NCBI GenBank assembly: GCA_963662275.1
Contig: OY759316.1
Coordinates: forward strand, 3,808,001 to 3,872,000
Direction: 5' to 3'
Length of the DNA stretch: 64,000 nt
Source of the DNA: Candidatus Cloacimonadales bacterium
Lineage (GTDB): Bacteria; Cloacimonadota; Cloacimonadia; Cloacimonadales; DAONDQ01
Positions 38,862-47,605 of this stretch are shown here, in pieces; position 1 is the stretch's first letter, and each line of letters opens with the position of its first letter. Position numbers and translations under genes: made by a program. Below the pieces are notes generated by a model. That model was not told the DNA's origin, did not search any database, and worked only from the letters and a program-made list of their open reading frames with translations.

Positions 38862-38927
38862 AATGAACTCCTTGTATTTTATGATTATTTAAGACTATAA
38901 AATTAGGCAGTTATGCCATTCAAATCA

Positions 38928-39659
38928 CTAATAGGCACCTTTTCCGCCAATGACGGCTGGTATGGTTTTTAAAAGAATCATGACATCATTCCAGAAGCTT
39001 TGGCTTCTTATATAGCGCATATCAAGCTGAACCTGCTGTTGAAAAGGTATATCACTTCGTCCGCCAATCTGCCAAAGGCAGGTAATACCGGGTTTGACAT
39101 GCAATCTTTTTCTATCTTCCAATGTATATTCCAACACTTCCCGAGGTAAAGGTGGTCTTGGACCAACCAGGCTCATATCACCAACCAGTACATTGATTAA
39201 CTGTGGTAATTCGTCAATGCTGAATCTACGGATGATACGCCCAATCGATGTTACTCTCGGGTCGTTTTTCATCTTGAAGATAACTCCATCTTTTGATTCA
39301 TTTTGTTCAATCAATTTATCTTTCATTTTATCTGCATTTACATACATGGAACGGAACTTGATGAAACCAAAAGTAATTCCATTCAGTCCGACCCTTGGAG
39401 CAGTATAAAACACGGGACCAGGATCAGTAAAATAAATGATCAGTGCTGTAAGGATAAATATCGGTGATAAGAGGATAAGAAGGATCAGGGATGCAAGAAA
39501 ATCCAATGCTGTTTTTAGAAATTTCGCAAAACTAACAGTCCATTCCCAAACAGATATCTTGAGACGCATCTGTAGTTGGTTGCGTTTCTTATTCAAAAGC
39601 ATGAGACGCTCAATTTCCTTAATTCTCTGTCTTTGAACCAATCCGTTTTTCGGAGACAT
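38928..39659 (-). CDS. Priming sugar-phosphate transferase (WcaJ/EpsE-like)
   Basis: KFRSM, DPRVT, DELPQL, SLVGPRP and KPGIT motifs. Confidence 0.92.
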   Translation of the reverse strand: MSPKNGLVQRQRIKEIERLMLLNKKRNQLQMRLKISVWEWTVSFAKFLKTALDFLASLILLILLSPIFILTALIIYFTDPGPVFYTAPRVGLNGITFGFIKFRSMYVNADKMKDKLIEQNESKDGVIFKMKNDPRVTSIGRIIRRFSIDELPQLINVLVGDMSLVGPRPPLPREVLEYTLEDRKRLHVKPGITCLWQIGGRSDIPFQQQVQLDMRYIRSQSFWNDVMILLKTIPAVIGGKGAY

Positions 39660-39692
39660 ATTTACCTCTTATTGATATTATAATCAATACTG

Positions 39693-41021
39693 TTAAACAG
39701 TCCTATTCATTTTCCAACGAAAAACCCTAAACAAAAATAATGGGTTGCCGATGATATACCGTTTCCACATTCTTTTAGGTTCTTTCATAAGCCTAAATAC
39801 CCATTCCAATCCTATCTGTCTCATCCAAAGAGGGGCTCTAGTAATTCTATCAGAGTAAAAGTCAAATAAACCTCCTACGCCCATTTGGATGTTGGCATTT
39901 ATTGAATTTCCGTAACGAGTAATGAATTTCTCTTGATTGGGTGCCCCAAAAGCTACAAGCAGGATATCTGTACCAGCTTGGTTTATCTCAGAGATAACCT
40001 GATCTGCTTCCTTTTCCCAATTAAAGAATCCATGCCTGGTTCCGCTAATCTCCAGTTTTGCGTATTTTTGCTGCAATTTAGCTTTCATCGTTTCTGCTAC
40101 AGAAGGACCAGCACCTAAAAGATAGATTTTGTATCCCTTAGATTGTGCTAATTCACATATATGGGGCAGCATATCCGTACCATTTAAGTTTTGACGTAAA
40201 GGAGTTCCCAGCATTTTCCCGGCGAGATTGATCCCAATTCCATCAGGGAACACCACTTCGTTCATTTGTAAAATACGATAATAGTCTTTGTCAATGAAAA
40301 CCTTGTTTAAACAATCGGGGTTCACAAAAAAGACAGGTGTCTTATGCTTATCGGTTAGTCTCTGGTCAATCAGTTCAATTGCCTCACTCATCATGATGTT
40401 GAGCATTTTAATGCCAAAAATATCAATTTCTCTATCATGATTCTCTTCAGTATGATGATATAGAAGAGCTGGAATGGATAGCAGAAGCAGCATTAAATCA
40501 CTTAAGCCTTTTCGGTGATGCAGATAATCCCAGTCCGTTTGATTTTGTGTTCCTGCTGCGATTCGTGAACTGCTCTGAATGAAGTGAAGATTGATGATTC
40601 CTGGTTTGAAACGCAACAGCCAGGGATCACCTTCCATGATATTTACTGTTTCGTAATCCCTAAAACTTACGCCGACAAGACTCAGTTTTCGGGAAAGCAC
40701 ATGAATAAATAGAGAAGAATGCCGAGGTAGCCAAGCATTTACATTGAATAATTGAAGCTTCAAAGGTCTAGCATCGGCACCGTAAATCATCTTTTGGACG
40801 AAAACATCTTTACCTGTAAATAACTTACGAATGCTAAGAATGAACAAGCTGGGGAGGGTAAAGACAAGTATGAAAAGAATACTCAATAAGATTTCGATGA
40901 TGGCATATAGACAACGGACAAGGAACAACCCGATATCTTGAGGAAGGAGGTGAAACCTGTTTTTAGGTGAACGACCTAATCTTTTCTCAAAAGTTTCAAG
41001 CTGCCTGATGTCTTTATTCAT
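39693..41021 (-). CDS. WecG/TagA/CpsF glycosyltransferase with N-terminal degenerate sugar-transferase domain
   Basis: PDGIG, GAPNQE, GVGGLFDF, RAP and LEW...EPKR; N-terminal LSLVG...KPGI. Confidence 0.88.
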   Translation of the reverse strand: MNKDIRQLETFEKRLGRSPKNRFHLLPQDIGLFLVRCLYAIIEILLSILFILVFTLPSLFILSIRKLFTGKDVFVQKMIYGADARPLKLQLFNVNAWLPRHSSLFIHVLSRKLSLVGVSFRDYETVNIMEGDPWLLRFKPGIINLHFIQSSSRIAAGTQNQTDWDYLHHRKGLSDLMLLLLSIPALLYHHTEENHDREIDIFGIKMLNIMMSEAIELIDQRLTDKHKTPVFFVNPDCLNKVFIDKDYYRILQMNEVVFPDGIGINLAGKMLGTPLRQNLNGTDMLPHICELAQSKGYKIYLLGAGPSVAETMKAKLQQKYAKLEISGTRHGFFNWEKEADQVISEINQAGTDILLVAFGAPNQEKFITRYGNSINANIQMGVGGLFDFYSDRITRAPLWMRQIGLEWVFRLMKEPKRMWKRYIIGNPLFLFRVFRWKMNRTV

Positions 41022-42195
41022 TTTTGCCGATCAACTCAGCTAGAGGTTCTAATAACGAATTGGAATACTTCTCAAAGTTATAATCCCTTTCTACCATCTG
41101 ATATCCTGCCTTGCCATATTTCAAGCGAAGCTCTTTATCATTGAGTAGTGTTTTCAGGGCAATCGCAAACTTCGCATAATCACCAGGTCTCACGAGAAGC
41201 CCGTTCACCTTGTGCTTTAGCCATTGTGGAATACCCCCATTGGCAAACGCAACGACTGGCTTTTTATGGGCAAATGCTTCCAAGCCAACCAAACCAAAAG
41301 GCTCCTGCCAACGCGATGGGACTACCACGATATCTGCCTGATCATAGATTTCAGAGACATTAGCAGTCCAGCCTACAAATTCTACCTTCTCATTCAACTT
41401 CAATTCGCATGCCAATTCCTCTAAAAAGAGCTTATCGTTGCCTTGTCCCACAATCTTGCATTGGAAAGGTTCTGAAAGCAATGAAAGCGACTGGAGCAGG
41501 AGATCGACTCCCTTTCCTCTTACCAATTGCCCAACGTACAGAATTATCGGACAGGTATTATTAACTGCCTCATTGATCGGCACGATGGGTTGATAGGGTA
41601 TAAGCTTTTTGATTTTCCTTTTGTCCCATCCATTCATGATGAGGTTATGTTTCATATAATCAGAAAGAACAAAACTCAAGTCACATTTCCGAATCTGCTG
41701 CAGCATGCGATAGCGCTGGTCTAAATCTATCAAGCTGATCTTGCCATTTTTCTTTTCAATCATACCCGCGCAGATTGAGCAATAAATCATGGAAAAGGGA
41801 AGAAAGCAGTTTTTGCGGATAACGGGGTAGTACTTATGCCTTCTTAAACAATAATAATCATGATCATGCACGATCACCACTGTTAGAAAGTGCTTTTGAA
41901 GGGTCTTGACCCATTTCCAATGATTCGTCTTATGGATGCAGACATATTGTATTCCGATGGACTTATATTGCGTGATGAGTTGCTCGATATCGTCTTCTTT
42001 ACTAATCGTTACATCTTCAAAAGCTGCATCGAAGAGAGGATCTTCAAAGACAGTATTTTCGAAGAGACCATACACTTGCCAGCCATGTTGCTTGAGCGTC
42101 TCTGCCATATTGACCATGAGTCGCTCAACACCGCCGATAAAACCTCGGCTGCTATTCAGCATGAGTATTTTGGGATGCTTCCCAAGATGCTCCAT
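41014..42195 (-). CDS. Glycosyltransferase family 4
   Basis: GGVER, VGQLVRGKG and EPFGLVGLEA motifs. Confidence 0.9.
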   Translation of the reverse strand: MEHLGKHPKILMLNSSRGFIGGVERLMVNMAETLKQHGWQVYGLFENTVFEDPLFDAAFEDVTISKEDDIEQLITQYKSIGIQYVCIHKTNHWKWVKTLQKHFLTVVIVHDHDYYCLRRHKYYPVIRKNCFLPFSMIYCSICAGMIEKKNGKISLIDLDQRYRMLQQIRKCDLSFVLSDYMKHNLIMNGWDKRKIKKLIPYQPIVPINEAVNNTCPIILYVGQLVRGKGVDLLLQSLSLLSEPFQCKIVGQGNDKLFLEELACELKLNEKVEFVGWTANVSEIYDQADIVVVPSRWQEPFGLVGLEAFAHKKPVVAFANGGIPQWLKHKVNGLLVRPGDYAKFAIALKTLLNDKELRLKYGKAGYQMVERDYNFEKYSNSLLEPLAELIGKNE

Positions 42196-44576
42196 TACCT
42201 GTTTCCCTGTTTATTCTTGAGAAGTTTCTTATAGGTTTGAGAGTATAATCCAATTAAGTATTCGTATGTGTATTTGCTCATGACAAGTTCTTTCCCCGTA
42301 ACTGCCATTTGGGGGAGAAGCTCTTTGTTCTGATATGCCAGGATCATTTTCTGTGAACATTCATGAACATCTTCACTCTTGAAAATATAACCGTTCTTTC
42401 CTTCCACGACGAGGTTGGGATCGACTACATCACTTTGCAGGACGGGAGTATCGCTGATCCAGCTTTCCACAACAACGGCACCTGAATTCATGAAACGAAC
42501 AGGAATCACGTGGATGTCAGAATATCGCAACCAGCCTAAAACTTCATCACGTTCCACCATACCCGTAAAAAACACCTTATCTTGAAGAGAATTCTGCGCA
42601 ATAAAGGCTTGCATATCAGCATAAAAGTCTTTTTCATAATCCGTTCTTCCAACGAATACGAGTTTTGCATTCGGCATATCTTTTGCAGCTTCTCCGAATG
42701 CTTTTAAAGCGATATCCTGACCTTTAATATTGGAAACTCTTCCCAAGCTCAGGAAGATAAAGTCATTCTCGGTAAAGCCCAGCTTTGAGCGGGGATTTGC
42801 TACGGGAGTACTGTATTCATCGGGAAGAATGGGTACCGGTGAATACTCAATCTTGGGATTAAATTGCTTAATAAATTGAATCTCTTTTTCCGCAATGGCA
42901 AACGCGTAATCCATTCCTTTCAGAACGATTCTCTGATATAAACTGGGATGAACACTTTTGAGAATGTTCGGATCAATTCTTCCCTCTGTTTTCGCTAATC
43001 CAGCATAATCAATGAAATCAAAGAAGCAGAGGATATAGGGAATCTTTCTTATCTTTGCTGCAATGAAGGTGATCACATTATTATAATTCAAGGCTGGAAA
43101 ACACTGGATGATGTCATAATCACTCTGAAGCAGATAGAAAAACAATTCAGGGCATAGTGTTTTCGAGGACAGGTTCGGGTAGCGGGGAGGAATATTGAAA
43201 ACATCCTGCATCCTGATGATTCTGAAACCATCAGTAAGTTCCTCTTTGGGTTTATCGATCCTCTTGGGACAGATAACTGTCAGGTCATAATCTTTGGCAA
43301 GCAGCCTGGCTTGATAATAAATATTGGTTTCAGCTCCCCCTACTTCCGGGAAGAATCGATTTGTGATAATGGCAAGTTTCAGTCTTTTCCCCGTAATCTG
43401 TGTAGTCGCTGGCTTTACATCCTGGTTTAGTTTAGCTATCAGTTCTTTGGCAACGACCTCTGGAGCATATTGGCTCACAGCTTTGGTATACAGCTTTTTC
43501 CCCATCGTTATTGCTCTCTCGGGATTCTCGATCAGATCAATCATACTTGTGGCAAAAGCATCTGCAGTATCCTGTATCACCACTTCATCGGGTTCAAAAA
43601 GAAATCCTTCAACGCCGATCGTGGTTGTTATCACTGCTTTCTCTACGGCAGCAGCTTCCAATATTCGTGTCCTCGTTCCCGAGGCGATTCTCAATGGGAG
43701 AACGACGAACAGTGAATTTGCAATTTGAGATTCAATATCTTCAACAGGTCCAATGACCTTGATTCTCTCTCCGCCAAATTGGCTATGTATGGAGCCTGGA
43801 TTCTTACCAACGATATAAACACTGATGTCTTTTTCTTTCAACACGCTTTCGATTCGCGGATAGATCTCTTTTACAAGATAGAGATAAGCGTCCTGGTTCG
43901 CCATGGAATCCAGTGTTCCAAAGAAGAGAATGTAATTTTCCTCTTGTTTACGTGGTGTAATTGTCCGAGTCGCTTCCTTGGGCATCATATTGGGTATGAT
44001 ATAGGCGTTTTCGGGTAGCAGATGATAGTCTCTAATTGCCATATCACGTTCTAAATAATTCGTAAAATAGAAGGAAAAGTTACTAGTGAATGCTTTCTTT
44101 TCAAATGCTTTTAGTTTGATCATTTCCAGCAGATGATAGCGATTGTGAATATTCTTATTATCCTGCCATGAAAGCTCTGAAATACGTGAAAACAGCATAT
44201 CAACATCGATGGCTATCTTACAATTAGGGAGAGTTTTCTCGGCAATTTCAGCCAAATGATAGGTACTAAGAAAGCGAAAAACAATGATATCATATTGATG
44301 GAGCTTTAGTAATTCTTCGAACTTATGCTTCTGTGAATTGTGAAATTGATAGATTGCTGAAGACTGATAAGGAAGAGATTTTGTAATGACAAGATGGAAA
44401 TTATGGATGTATCCGCTATGCTCAGGAGCCTTTTTGAATGCGTATTCAGGAGCTAAGAGAAGCAATAGGTCTGCTTCATATTCTTTCCTTAAAGTACTCC
44501 AGATAAAATTGCTGCGGTTTTTATCCCCACCCTTAATATTGGCAAACGGCACATCGACATACAAGAGCTTTTTCAT
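42195..44576 (-). CDS. Double-domain GT4 glycosyltransferase, first gene of the EPS operon
   Basis: Two GT-B units (SGTRTRILEA; GRVSNIKGQD...GAVVVES); GAGGT RBS before ATG 44576. Confidence 0.85.
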   Translation of the reverse strand: MKKLLYVDVPFANIKGGDKNRSNFIWSTLRKEYEADLLLLLAPEYAFKKAPEHSGYIHNFHLVITKSLPYQSSAIYQFHNSQKHKFEELLKLHQYDIIVFRFLSTYHLAEIAEKTLPNCKIAIDVDMLFSRISELSWQDNKNIHNRYHLLEMIKLKAFEKKAFTSNFSFYFTNYLERDMAIRDYHLLPENAYIIPNMMPKEATRTITPRKQEENYILFFGTLDSMANQDAYLYLVKEIYPRIESVLKEKDISVYIVGKNPGSIHSQFGGERIKVIGPVEDIESQIANSLFVVLPLRIASGTRTRILEAAAVEKAVITTTIGVEGFLFEPDEVVIQDTADAFATSMIDLIENPERAITMGKKLYTKAVSQYAPEVVAKELIAKLNQDVKPATTQITGKRLKLAIITNRFFPEVGGAETNIYYQARLLAKDYDLTVICPKRIDKPKEELTDGFRIIRMQDVFNIPPRYPNLSSKTLCPELFFYLLQSDYDIIQCFPALNYNNVITFIAAKIRKIPYILCFFDFIDYAGLAKTEGRIDPNILKSVHPSLYQRIVLKGMDYAFAIAEKEIQFIKQFNPKIEYSPVPILPDEYSTPVANPRSKLGFTENDFIFLSLGRVSNIKGQDIALKAFGEAAKDMPNAKLVFVGRTDYEKDFYADMQAFIAQNSLQDKVFFTGMVERDEVLGWLRYSDIHVIPVRFMNSGAVVVESWISDTPVLQSDVVDPNLVVEGKNGYIFKSEDVHECSQKMILAYQNKELLPQMAVTGKELVMSKYTYEYLIGLYSQTYKKLLKNKQGNR

Positions 44577-44608
44577 ATTCACCTCTTTACGAATCATACC
44601 AATTACAA

Positions 44609-44637
44609 AATGTACTAAAACAATGTACTGCTGTCAA
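44609..44637 (-). promoter_or_regulatory. sigma70-type promoter of the EPS operon
   Basis: TTGACA-17 nt-TACATT, overlapped by AGTACATT direct repeats. Confidence 0.6.
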
Positions 44638-44828
44638 GCTTAATTGCTTATCAAAGGTCAACATATATAACAGAAGATGAAACATAAACCGTTGTAAATG
44701 TACTTTGGAAAGAACAGGGTGCTCTAGCGCATGCAAATAGCTGCAATGTTTGTAAGCTTATATCTAGTATTCATCGAGCACAAAACATCACAAACTACGC
44801 GTAACAGTCTTTCGAATATCGGAGAATA

Positions 44829-45443
44829 TTAACTCAGAATTGCCTGGATCCTAGAGACAAGCATATCAATTCCTATCTTATTCTGCCCCCCTTCTGGAAT
44901 GATCACATCCGCAAAACGCTTTGTCGCTTCAACAAACTGAATATGCATGGGACGTACTGAATCATAATACTGCTTAATGATTGATTCCAGGGTTCTGCCG
45001 CGTTCACTGATATCACGTTCAATACGACGCAGGATACGGATATCAGCATCTGTATCGACGAATATTTTGATATCCATTAAATTCCGTAACTCTTCATTTT
45101 CGAAAATCAATATACCTTCCACAATGATGATCCGATTGGGTAGCCTGGTAATCGTTTCATCCATTCTGCAATGATCCTTGAAATCATAACAGGGCATTTC
45201 AATCGGAACTCTTGACTTCAATGCACGTACATGCTTGATCAGCAAATCCATATCAAGTGCATTGGGATGATCAAAATTGATTTTGTTTCGTTCTTCCATG
45301 GGGAGATCTCTAAATTGTCTGTAATAGGAATCCTGGGAAATGATAGTCAGTTCATCCTTGACCTGTGCATGAATAGCATCTGTGATACAGGTCTTACCTG
45401 AGCCTGTTCCTCCTGCGATTCCTATGATTACCGGATCTTGCAT
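44829..45443 (-). CDS. udk: Uridine kinase
   Basis: GGTGSGKT, QDSYY, NFDHP, VEGIL and RRIERD motifs. Confidence 0.95.
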   Translation of the reverse strand: MQDPVIIGIAGGTGSGKTCITDAIHAQVKDELTIISQDSYYRQFRDLPMEERNKINFDHPNALDMDLLIKHVRALKSRVPIEMPCYDFKDHCRMDETITRLPNRIIIVEGILIFENEELRNLMDIKIFVDTDADIRILRRIERDISERGRTLESIIKQYYDSVRPMHIQFVEATKRFADVIIPEGGQNKIGIDMLVSRIQAILS

Positions 45444-45472
45444 AGTATCTCCTTTATAAATTTATATAGACT

Positions 45473-47443
45473 TTATGGATTTTGATAGAGATAATTCTGA
45501 TCTCGATATCCATCACTATTCAAATACCAATCAGTATAAGATCTGCCACTGGTTTGAGCCCAATTCTGAAACTTCTTATATGCCCTGGTCAGTTGTGCAC
45601 CTTCTGATGGATAATTCCAACTGCTAGGGATGTTTACTGCCCAAGGCAGATTATCAGCAGTTTTAAACCATCTGTTGTGAAGACTGTCATCATTATAAGT
45701 TCCGAACAGCGTTGTATCCATCCTGCCTGTGGCAGTATAGCCAGGCAGATGTATCTCATGAGATCGGTTTCCATTAACAAAGATAAAAGGATTATAGGGT
45801 GGCGTTGGTGTGACACTTGTAATGGAAACAGGTGTTGTGAGTAGGAAGCTTACGCTAAAAACAACAGGCTGGTGGTAAGACTGATTTGATTGGGTATTGA
45901 TGAAGCTGTTTGGCTGTTGCGGTATCAGGTCAAAAGCGCTGTTAAAGAATCTGAATACTGCCTTGGAGCCTATTTCATGTTCAAATAACGCCGGATGGCT
46001 GGTCTGGATATTCGTTATGTTTGAACTGGCAAAGGGAAGTTCCACGGCAAAACCATTAGGATTACGAGCACCGATAGCACGTAGTTTGAATTGCATATCT
46101 ACTTTTTTTACCAGATTGCCAGCTTTGGTAATCTGATTATAATTGTAATCTACAACTAGATCATTAAAATCATAATCTCCCATGGAAGGCCAAAGATCTT
46201 CAAAAGAGAGTGTACCCCATGAGTTCTGCCCAAACGTGTAATTATTAAAAGCGAGTTGCACATCGTCAGGATAATTATCTAATACATCGGTTATTCCATC
46301 ACCATCCCTATCTGCCGAAGGATCCATAGGTTGTACTTGGGTTAAATCAACCGCAGTGATAGGGTTAACAGTAACAAAAAATATCATGTCATTGAAATCG
46401 TCATCACTGCCGCTTGTCCTGTTCATATCTTCAAAGCTGACTAATAGCCGATCTGAGATGGTGTCATGAAAAAGAATACTGTGTTGCTTTTTAGTTGCCA
46501 CGTTCTCAGGGTTTAGCTGAGAGAGAGAGTAATAAATTGGCTGTGAAGTACTTACGCCAGAATTTGAAGTAAACCCATTGGCGACTACGAACCAGCCAAC
46601 GGTTGTTCCTGGTTGAAAAACACCCAAGTGTATTGTATTGCCTGCTTGTAAGCCACCACCACTACCGGATAATGAAGCATTTGGGAAAACAATTGTCTTT
46701 GCTCCTACCTGGGCTGTGGTTTGTGGCACCGAGCCTGATGGATAGGTGAAGAACCCCATCGAGTTCAAATACGAAGCTCCCTCATGTACAAAAGTTATCC
46801 AGACATCTGCTGCCTGGTCAATCTTGATATCGGTTTGATTGCTTGTCGCTAAATAGGAAGGATGGAAAGTGGGTACCGCTTTATACTCAGGGAGAGTAGC
46901 ATCTAATCTCTGTAAAAAGCTTGCTTCAATAGGTGCCGTAGTCATGGAAGACGGTACTCCATTGCTGCTGAAGGTGATGTTTGGTAAATATGACCAGGGT
47001 GAAACAACTCTCGGAGGAGCTTGAGTAGCACCTTGAATTTGTTTAGTTGCTCCGCCAAAAGTATAGGAGGCATGATCATTAACGATGGGTATTTCAACCG
47101 TGCTCATATAACCTACAGCCCAAATTTTATTCAGGCATGTGGGTATATTGATTAATGTTATAAATTTGCCATCAGAGGTAGTCGCCCCTTTAGCTATCTC
47201 TGTACTTGCTCCTCTCGGGTCAGCATTGTAAATTTCAAATGCAATATTTTCCACAGGTGCATTTTCATTGGTGAAAACTTCCAGACTAATCTCTACGGTA
47301 CGATCAACCTTCCAGTTAAAATCGTCAGCTACTACCAGATCTTTCACAGGAATAAATGTATCTTCGTTATTCTTGTGAGAACATCCTGAAAAAAAGAGGC
47401 TAATCAGAGCAATTATGATAAGAAAATTGAATGTTGTTTTCAT
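45473..47443 (-). CDS. LruC-domain (DUF4842) lipoprotein with DUF4114-like domain
   Basis: FFSGC lipobox, FEDM...DDDFND, DRDGDGITD Ca-binding-type motif, FEDLWP..GDYDFND and EIHLP. Confidence 0.8.
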   Translation of the reverse strand: MKTTFNFLIIIALISLFFSGCSHKNNEDTFIPVKDLVVADDFNWKVDRTVEISLEVFTNENAPVENIAFEIYNADPRGASTEIAKGATTSDGKFITLINIPTCLNKIWAVGYMSTVEIPIVNDHASYTFGGATKQIQGATQAPPRVVSPWSYLPNITFSSNGVPSSMTTAPIEASFLQRLDATLPEYKAVPTFHPSYLATSNQTDIKIDQAADVWITFVHEGASYLNSMGFFTYPSGSVPQTTAQVGAKTIVFPNASLSGSGGGLQAGNTIHLGVFQPGTTVGWFVVANGFTSNSGVSTSQPIYYSLSQLNPENVATKKQHSILFHDTISDRLLVSFEDMNRTSGSDDDFNDMIFFVTVNPITAVDLTQVQPMDPSADRDGDGITDVLDNYPDDVQLAFNNYTFGQNSWGTLSFEDLWPSMGDYDFNDLVVDYNYNQITKAGNLVKKVDMQFKLRAIGARNPNGFAVELPFASSNITNIQTSHPALFEHEIGSKAVFRFFNSAFDLIPQQPNSFINTQSNQSYHQPVVFSVSFLLTTPVSITSVTPTPPYNPFIFVNGNRSHEIHLPGYTATGRMDTTLFGTYNDDSLHNRWFKTADNLPWAVNIPSSWNYPSEGAQLTRAYKKFQNWAQTSGRSYTDWYLNSDGYRDQNYLYQNP

Positions 47444-47605
47444 TTCACAGACCTCCATTTTTAATTAAACTATCTACATATTAATGTAACAGTACCCAAA
47501 AGCAAAGGAGATTTAAAGTCAGCAATTCGAGCATTCCTGCTGATCATCTCCCTTATCATATAACAGCGAAGATTCTTTTTACAGCAATCCATTCACACGG
47601 ATTTC

